Positions 5,867 through 10,633 of a DNA stretch of 10,633 nucleotides are shown here, piece by piece. The translations under genes were made by a program, and so were the position numbers. Location of the stretch: IMG/VR virus record IMGVR_UViG_2548876964_000002, one strand, 5' to 3'. The notes under the pieces are model-generated. The model ran no database searches. It was given only the letters and a program-made list of their open reading frames with translations, and was not told where the DNA came from. Position 1 is the stretch's first letter. Each line of letters starts with the position of its first letter. This DNA is from a virus. Taxonomy: Duplodnaviria; Heunggongvirae; Uroviricota; Caudoviricetes.

Positions 5867-6033
5867 GTTTTACAGATAACTGGTCAGACGAAGAATTCAT
5901 TCGTCAGATGAAAGAATTAATCGGTAACGAAGGAGATATTCATGTCACTTGCAACCACCGTGAAGGAGAGCAAGTTACAGAGACGCATGTACACGCAGCA
6001 GGCGTTAATGTATCGCCAGAAGGGAGATCGTGA
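5863..6033 (+). CDS. Small protein at the kil position (56 aa); possible Kil-like host division inhibitor
   Basis: ATG overlaps the cIII stop (ATGA), so the two are translationally coupled. Assigned by gene order only (cIII then kil then erf in P22-like phages); sequence not recognised. Confidence 0.45.
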   Translation: MSFTDNWSDEEFIRQMKELIGNEGDIHVTCNHREGEQVTETHVHAAGVNVSPEGRS

Positions 6034-6122
6034 AGGTGTTCGCGTATTTTTAAATGCGGCAAAGACTGAAGTATTAAATCAGCGTTATTTCCTTGGGCCA
6101 TGTCCATTCTGAGAACAATCAT

Positions 6123-6728
6123 ATGAGCAAAGAATTTTACGCAAGACTGGCAGCTATTCAGGAAAATCTGAACGCGCCCAAGAATCAGTACAACTCATTC
6201 GGTAAATATAAATACAGAAGCTGCGAAGACATTCTTGAAGGCGTTAAGCCGTTACTGAATGGTCTGTTTTTATCAATCAGCGATGAAGTTGTGTTGATTG
6301 GTAATCGGTATTACGTGAAAGCCACGGCAACTATTACCGATGGCGAAAACAGTCATACGGCAACCGCTCTTGCACGAGAGGAAGAAAGCAAGAAAGGAAT
6401 GGATTCTGCACAAGTTACGGGAGCTACAAGCTCTTATGCACGCAAGTATTGCCTCAATGGTTTGTTCGGCATTGATGATGCGAAAGATGCAGATACAGAC
6501 GAGCATAAACATCAGCAGAACGCAGCAGCAAAGCAATCAAAACCATCACCTACACCTGAACAGGTTCTAAAAGCATTCACTGACGCAGCATTGCAGAAAA
6601 ACACCGTAGAAGAGCTTAAACAGGCGTTCGCCAAAGCGTGGAAGATGCTCGAAGGCACACCGGAGCAGCACAAAGCGCAGGACGTTTACAACATCAGACG
6701 AGACGAATTAGAAGGAGCGGCTGCTTAA
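6123..6728 (+). CDS. erf: Erf-family single-strand annealing recombinase
   Basis: N-terminal two thirds (MSKEFYARLAAIQENLNAPKNQYNSFGKYKYRSCEDILEGVKPLL...GATSSYARKYCLNGLFGIDDAKDAD) closely matches P22 Erf as recalled; the C-terminal third diverges. Start set at the internal ATG at 6123. Confidence 0.9.
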   Translation: MSKEFYARLAAIQENLNAPKNQYNSFGKYKYRSCEDILEGVKPLLNGLFLSISDEVVLIGNRYYVKATATITDGENSHTATALAREEESKKGMDSAQVTGATSSYARKYCLNGLFGIDDAKDADTDEHKHQQNAAAKQSKPSPTPEQVLKAFTDAALQKNTVEELKQAFAKAWKMLEGTPEQHKAQDVYNIRRDELEGAAA

Positions 6729-7111
6729 TGGCACATTCGATTACTGTAAGACTAAACAAGCCCGCAAGAGAGTTTCAGGCCGGGGAAAATATCGGATTCA
6801 ACATCCGTGCTGGCGTTCAGTATTACGATCGCCAGACAAAAAAGAAAGAATGGACAAACTACAACGCCGTTGTATTTGCCAAGCCGGGAGCGCAAGCGGA
6901 TTACTACCGTAGTGTTCTTGTTGAAGGTGGCATTGTAGAAATTACCGGAGAAAACATCAGGGTTGATGTTTATCAGGGGCAAAATGGTCAATCAATCACT
7001 CTTGAATTACTGAATGCAAAGATTGGATTTGCAGCTTCAGGAAATGGCCCGCAGCAGCAAAGTAGTAACCAGCAGAACACCCCTGTATACGACGATTCCA
7101 TCCCATTCTGA
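6728..7111 (+). CDS. Phage single-stranded DNA-binding protein-like (127 aa)
   Basis: ATG overlaps the erf stop (TAATG). Gln/Gly-rich linker and acidic tail ending DDSIPF, resembling the SSB C-terminal DDDIPF tip. Start set at the internal ATG at 6728. Confidence 0.65.
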   Translation: MAHSITVRLNKPAREFQAGENIGFNIRAGVQYYDRQTKKKEWTNYNAVVFAKPGAQADYYRSVLVEGGIVEITGENIRVDVYQGQNGQSITLELLNAKIGFAASGNGPQQQSSNQQNTPVYDDSIPF

Positions 7112-7134
7112 TTTAGAAAAATAAGGATTTAATT

Positions 7135-7428
7135 ATGCCAGCGCCTCTGTATGGTGCGGATGACCCGCGCCGCTGTTCCGGCAATTCCGTATCGGAGGTG
7201 CTGGATAAATTCAGGAAAAATTACGACCGGATAATGTCGCTACCGCAGGAAACAAAAGAGGAAAAGGAATTTCGCCACTGCGTATGGCTTGCAGAGAAAG
7301 AAGAACGCGAGCGAATTTACCAGACATCAATCCGACCATTCCGCAAAGCCACATATACCCACTTCCCTGAAATTGACCCGCGCCTGCGTAATTACCGCTC
7401 ACGCTATGGCGCTATCAGTAATAACTGA
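7135..7428 (+). CDS. Hypothetical protein (97 aa); possible Abc2-like anti-RecBCD protein
   Basis: AAGGA Shine-Dalgarno; follows the erf-ssb module, where P22-like phages carry abc genes, and the size fits Abc2. Sequence identity could not be verified from memory. Confidence 0.6.
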   Translation: MPAPLYGADDPRRCSGNSVSEVLDKFRKNYDRIMSLPQETKEEKEFRHCVWLAEKEERERIYQTSIRPFRKATYTHFPEIDPRLRNYRSRYGAISNN

Positions 7429-7438
7429 GGAATTTACC

Positions 7439-7606
7439 ATGAGAGGACTTGCATACAATCCCAGCATTCTTCCGGCAGAAATGATTATTCGCCAGCGCGT
7501 AAAGCCAATGCCATCGAGAGAGGAATTACTTAAGAGAAATTCTTTTCCGTCAGTAAATCAAAACAAATATCTGAATGCGATGTTGCGTAAAGGAGGCAAG
7601 CAGTGA
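7439..7606 (+). CDS. Hypothetical small protein (55 aa)
   Basis: GAGGA Shine-Dalgarno before the ATG at 7439; stop overlaps the next start (GTGA). The track's longer 7289 ORF is treated as an out-of-frame overlap with the previous gene. Confidence 0.5.
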   Translation: MRGLAYNPSILPAEMIIRQRVKPMPSREELLKRNSFPSVNQNKYLNAMLRKGGKQ

Positions 7607-7902
7607 GTGTATGTCTTATTGATAAACGTCGACGTGGGCAACAAATACCATCTGTTGAAATGCCGAATCACACATGGTTTTGCGTACTTGATATCGATGG
7701 TATGGATACGTTGGTTGACACTCGTCATTACTGCGATACCGCAACAGCTACTCCGGCGAAAGCAAAGAAAATTGCTGCTCTGATAGAAAACTGGACTCCA
7801 CCTGATGGTTGGTGCAATGGGAATGATCGAGATTGGCATGAAAAAATGAAGGGCTATATCTGCGATTTCTTACGTAAATGCAACGGATTCAGGGTGATGT
7901 GA
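7603..7902 (+). CDS. Hypothetical protein (99 aa), Cys/Trp-rich
   Basis: GTG start at 7603 with AAGGAGG 6 nt upstream; coupled to the preceding ORF. No family recognised. Confidence 0.6.
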   Translation: MSVCLIDKRRRGQQIPSVEMPNHTWFCVLDIDGMDTLVDTRHYCDTATATPAKAKKIAALIENWTPPDGWCNGNDRDWHEKMKGYICDFLRKCNGFRVM

Positions 7903-7903
7903 C

Positions 7904-8458
7904 ATGAACAAGATTGACTATCAGGCACTGCGTGCCAAGGCAGAAAAAGCAACGTGTGGTGAGTGGTCGCTCGAATATGGAGAGGAGAGATTTGATGCTG
8001 GTGATGCGCTAATTCATCGTGAAGTTGTTGGATATCTTCCCATTTGCAGAATTGAAGGAGCGCATCCTGAAAGCGGTTTCGATGAAGATTTCCAGATGGA
8101 ACAGCAGGCCAATGCTGAATTTATTGCTGCCTTTAATCCAAAGGTTGCTTTGGCACTGCTGGATGAACGGGAAAGAAACCAGCAATACATCAAACGCCGC
8201 GACCAGGAGAACGAGGATATTGCGCTAACGGTAGGGAAGCTGCGCGTTGAGCTTGAAGCAGAAAAACAGCGGGCAAAAGTTCTATTTATGGAAAATGCTC
8301 GGCTTAAGTCAGGCATAGCCGGTCTGATACACCTCGGTATTCGATATGCAGATGTTGAGGTCATGAAAATTGCTGGAGATGCCCAGCTTTCTACCCCATG
8401 CACTGACAGCATCATAAACAGCATTGCAACAGGCATTCGCATCAAAGGAGGTGAGTAA
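7904..8458 (+). CDS. Ead/Ea22-like family protein (184 aa)
   Basis: N-terminus MNKIDYQALRAKAEKATCGEWS and internal ANAEFIAAFNPKVALALLDE resemble the Ead/Ea22-like family common in lambdoid early regions (from recall); coiled-coil-like central segment. Confidence 0.65.
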   Translation: MNKIDYQALRAKAEKATCGEWSLEYGEERFDAGDALIHREVVGYLPICRIEGAHPESGFDEDFQMEQQANAEFIAAFNPKVALALLDERERNQQYIKRRDQENEDIALTVGKLRVELEAEKQRAKVLFMENARLKSGIAGLIHLGIRYADVEVMKIAGDAQLSTPCTDSIINSIATGIRIKGGE

Positions 8459-8634
8459 TGCGTGTGGCATGTATCGGCTTGTTACCGTACCCGACTCGTT
8501 TTTGGGCTTCTGCGCTAATTGCAAAGCCGCATGTCCTGATGGCTGACAACATCATCCCGGCACCAAAGCGCCGCCATACCGGTATTGCATCGGCACGACG
8601 AGCAGCAAAGAAACGCAGGAGAGCAAAACGATGA
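8458..8634 (+). CDS. Hypothetical small, highly basic protein (58 aa)
   Basis: ATG overlaps the previous stop (TAATG) with AAAGGAGG upstream. Ends in a basic tail ARRAAKKRRRAKR. Under the track's length cutoff. Confidence 0.45.
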   Translation: MRVACIGLLPYPTRFWASALIAKPHVLMADNIIPAPKRRHTGIASARRAAKKRRRAKR

Positions 8635-8819
8635 AAAACCGTAAAGCAAAGATTCTGTTAGTTCGTAGAAACGCTCCTGGCGTCTGGCAGTGGGTGAGAC
8701 TCAGCAACCGACGGGTGGGGTTAATGAAACATTACGGGATGATGGATTGTGGTTTTTGCAAAAAGCCCAGCGCGGCGCAAAACCGCTGGAAAAACCACTT
8801 GCGTACTAAAGGAGAGTGA
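8631..8819 (+). CDS. Hypothetical small basic protein (62 aa)
   Basis: ATG overlaps the previous stop (ATGA); contains a CGFC motif. Confidence 0.5.
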   Translation: MKNRKAKILLVRRNAPGVWQWVRLSNRRVGLMKHYGMMDCGFCKKPSAAQNRWKNHLRTKGE

Positions 8820-8820
8820 T

Positions 8821-9030
8821 ATGGCTATTGCCGCAAGTTACACCATGCATCTCTATTGTGACTGCCGCCAGTGTACGGAAGGTGTATATCCAGTGCCAGA
8901 CTTCGGAGAGTATATCGGCACGTCATGGGCTGGTTGTGCAAAAGAGGCGCGTAAGGATGGCTGGCGAATAAGCAAAGACAAAACACGTGCTTTTGCGCCT
9001 GGGCATAAAGTTTTGAGGATTAACAAATGA
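8821..9030 (+). CDS. Hypothetical small Cys-rich protein (69 aa), possible zinc-binding
   Basis: AGGAG Shine-Dalgarno before the ATG at 8821; motif CDCRQC plus a further Cys. Start set at the internal ATG. Confidence 0.55.
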   Translation: MAIAASYTMHLYCDCRQCTEGVYPVPDFGEYIGTSWAGCAKEARKDGWRISKDKTRAFAPGHKVLRINK

Positions 9031-9830
9031 CCACTATTACCAGAGAACAAGCTCTGAAAATTATTGAGGCAGCCGATGAGGTTATTAGTGCGCTTGCCGG
9101 AACTAACGAGGATGTTCACCCTGGTAGCGATAACATGCTACGCCTGTGGGATGACCTGAATGACCGTTACGCGCCGCCGGAAGTTGTGCGTGAGCTGGCA
9201 CGGATTGCGCTGGCATCGTTGGAAGCAAAACCAATAGGTGCATTCCACATTGCAGAACAGCAAGTTGACGGCACAAGTGACTACCTCAAGGATGGAGAAT
9301 GGCCTATTGATAATGGGACAATTGAAGTATACGCCGCCCCTCCAGTGCCAGTAGTACCTGAAGAAAAACCAATGCCTAACCCTCTTAGCATGTACGCGGT
9401 CGATGCTGTTGCCGCTATTGCAGAGGTGAGAGGCTGGAACGCCTGCCGCGCCGCCATGCTTCATGGTGCCGAACCTGTAAGCCAAACTTACAAGTCACAA
9501 CACACGCAGTTTGAACAAGTTGCTGACCTCTACGAAATGCAATTTGATGACGGTCGCACTTGTGCCTTTCACACTGATGCGCAAAAGGCTGCGCAATGGC
9601 TTCAGGCATGCGACGGAAACAGGGTTCAGGAATACGTGAAGCTGGAGCGATTGCGTAATGCGCTATCGGGCAACTCTCCGGTAACTCCGGATGGTTGGGT
9701 TATGGTGCCGAAGGAACCAACTCAGGCCATGATTAAAGCGTGGCTATCAGAGATTGCTAACTTTCGCGGTCATGCTGCTGGTTACAGGGCTGCTCTTGAG
9801 GCAGCACCACAGGAGGTTAACCGTGGCTAA
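9027..9830 (+). CDS. Hypothetical protein (267 aa), early-region protein of unknown function
   Basis: ATG overlaps the previous stop (ATGA). Long clean ORF with Pro-rich central linker (PPVPVVPEEKPMP) separating two domains. Confidence 0.75.
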   Translation: MTTITREQALKIIEAADEVISALAGTNEDVHPGSDNMLRLWDDLNDRYAPPEVVRELARIALASLEAKPIGAFHIAEQQVDGTSDYLKDGEWPIDNGTIEVYAAPPVPVVPEEKPMPNPLSMYAVDAVAAIAEVRGWNACRAAMLHGAEPVSQTYKSQHTQFEQVADLYEMQFDDGRTCAFHTDAQKAAQWLQACDGNRVQEYVKLERLRNALSGNSPVTPDGWVMVPKEPTQAMIKAWLSEIANFRGHAAGYRAALEAAPQEVNRG

Positions 9831-10107
9831 CCTGCAACTTGCCGTCAAAGGTGAATACTTCGATGCCATGATTCGCGGAGAGAAAACAGAAGAGTATCGC
9901 CTGTGTAATGACTACTGGAATAAGCGAATTATGTTCCGGGAGTATGACCGCCTGATTATCACAAAGGGATATCCGAAGCGCGACGACTCCAGCCGCAGAA
10001 TAGACGTCCCGTATGACGGATATGAAATCAAGACAATCACACATCCCCACTTCGGCGATAAACCGGTAAAGGTGTTCGCGATAAATGTGAATATCGGCAA
10101 TGAATAA
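9823..10107 (+). CDS. Hypothetical protein (94 aa), ASCH/PUA-like fold suspected
   Basis: GTG start at 9823 with AGGAGG 6 nt upstream, overlapping the previous stop. N-terminal LAVKGEYFDAMIRGEKTEEYR resembles the ASCH-domain signature by pattern only. Confidence 0.55.
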   Translation: MANLQLAVKGEYFDAMIRGEKTEEYRLCNDYWNKRIMFREYDRLIITKGYPKRDDSSRRIDVPYDGYEIKTITHPHFGDKPVKVFAINVNIGNE

Positions 10108-10110
10108 CAA

Positions 10111-10168
10111 CCCTCGCATTTGCGGGGATTTCTTTTATCTGAACTCGCTACGGCGAGTTTTGTTTTAT
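10111..10168 (+). terminator. Tandem rho-independent terminators ending the early-left operon
   Basis: First: ccctcgc / gcgggg with one bulge, then atttcttttat (10111-10138). Second: perfect 7-bp stem aactcgc/gcgagtt, loop tacg, then ttgttttat (10142-10168). Confidence 0.6.
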
Positions 10169-10248
10169 GGAGATGATTATGGTCTGTTCAACATTCAACC
10201 ATCTAACGTTACAGAAATACCAGCCAGACCCTGAAGATTTATGCTCAC

Positions 10249-10633
10249 TGAACCGCCCCGGAAATCCTGGAGACTAAACTCCCTGAGAAAGAGGTAAACA
10301 GGATGACTAAAAATACTCGTTTTTCCCCCGAAGTCCGTCAGCGGGCGATTCGTATGGTTCTGGAAAGTCAGGATGAATATGACTCACAGTGGGCGGCAAT
10401 TTGTTCCATTGCCCCAAAGATTGGCTGTACGCCGGAGACTCTGCGTGTCTGGGTTCGCCAGCATGAGCGGGATACCGGGGGCGGTGATGGTGGGCTCACC
10501 AGCGCTGAACGTCAGCGTCTGAAAGAGCTGGAACGTGAAAATCGTGAACTGCGCCGCAGTAACGATATCCTTCGCCAGGCTTCCGCTTATTTTGCGAAGG
10601 CGGAGTTCGACCGCCTCTGGAAAAAATGATGCC
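10249..10633 (+). mobile_element. IS3-family insertion sequence (IS629/IS1203-like), left end and OrfA; continues past the window
   Basis: Left terminus begins TGAACCGCCCCGG at 10249. OrfA follows, and ATGATGCC at 10626 matches the recalled IS629 OrfB start (MMP...) in the overlapping frame. Confidence 0.8.
10303..10629 (+). CDS. IS3-family transposase OrfA (HTH plus leucine-zipper subunit)
   Basis: 108-aa [25 protein letters not shown]...[35 protein letters not shown] matches IS629-type OrfA as recalled. Confidence 0.9.
   Translation: MTKNTRFSPEVRQRAIRMVLESQDEYDSQWAAICSIAPKIGCTPETLRVWVRQHERDTGGGDGGLTSAERQRLKELERENRELRRSNDILRQASAYFAKAEFDRLWKK

Noticed and set aside
5940-6570. ORFs 5940-6122 (-), 6273-6536 (-) and 6340-6570 (+)
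   Set aside because: Antisense or out of frame within the kil-position gene and the conserved erf gene.
6752-7402. Minus-strand ORFs 6752-6991 and 7211-7402
   Set aside because: Antisense within the SSB-like and 97-aa genes, without start signals.
7558-8524. Minus-strand ORFs 7558-7839, 8014-8445 (143 aa), 8309-8524 and plus-strand 8019-8228
   Set aside because: All lie antisense or out of frame within the coupled plus-strand gene chain; the 143-aa one is long but Ser/Ala-rich with no Shine-Dalgarno, while the sense frames carry clear coupling signals.
8853-10119. Minus-strand ORFs 8853-9119, 9138-9485, 9415-9609, 9817-10119, 9912-10100 and the plus-strand 9754 start
   Set aside because: Antisense to well-supported plus-strand ORFs; the 9754 ATG would give a hydrophobic leader overlapping the 267-aa gene, whereas the GTG at 9823 has a strong AGGAGG.
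10173-10277. Short ORF beginning right after the tandem terminators and reading into the IS
   Set aside because: Not annotated as a gene because it has no room for a promoter and ends inside the IS terminal repeat; kept only as a possible remnant of an interrupted gene.

Overview
This window reads as the immunity, replication and early-left (PL) region of a mosaic lambdoid prophage, inverted relative to the lambda map, with an IS3-family element cutting in at the right edge. All calls rest on reading the sequence and recalling protein families; no database search was run. Minus strand, right to left: cro, nutR, cII, a small unannotated ORF, an O-like initiator carrying the origin iterons, a DnaB-type helicase in place of lambda P, and the start of a further gene. 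Plus strand: cI (lambda-like C-terminal domain, different N-terminal domain, no rexAB), terminator, PL, nutL, N-like antiterminator, orf28-like acidic peptide, ral, a visibly AT-rich 156-aa gene bounded by terminators, cIII-like, a kil-position peptide, erf, an SSB-like protein, then a run of translationally coupled small ORFs of unknown function, tandem terminators and an IS629-like left end with OrfA. No rRNA, tRNA or CRISPR array was seen. The best candidate for an undescribed function is the AT-rich 156-aa cassette, followed by the coupled small-ORF block at 7135-10107.
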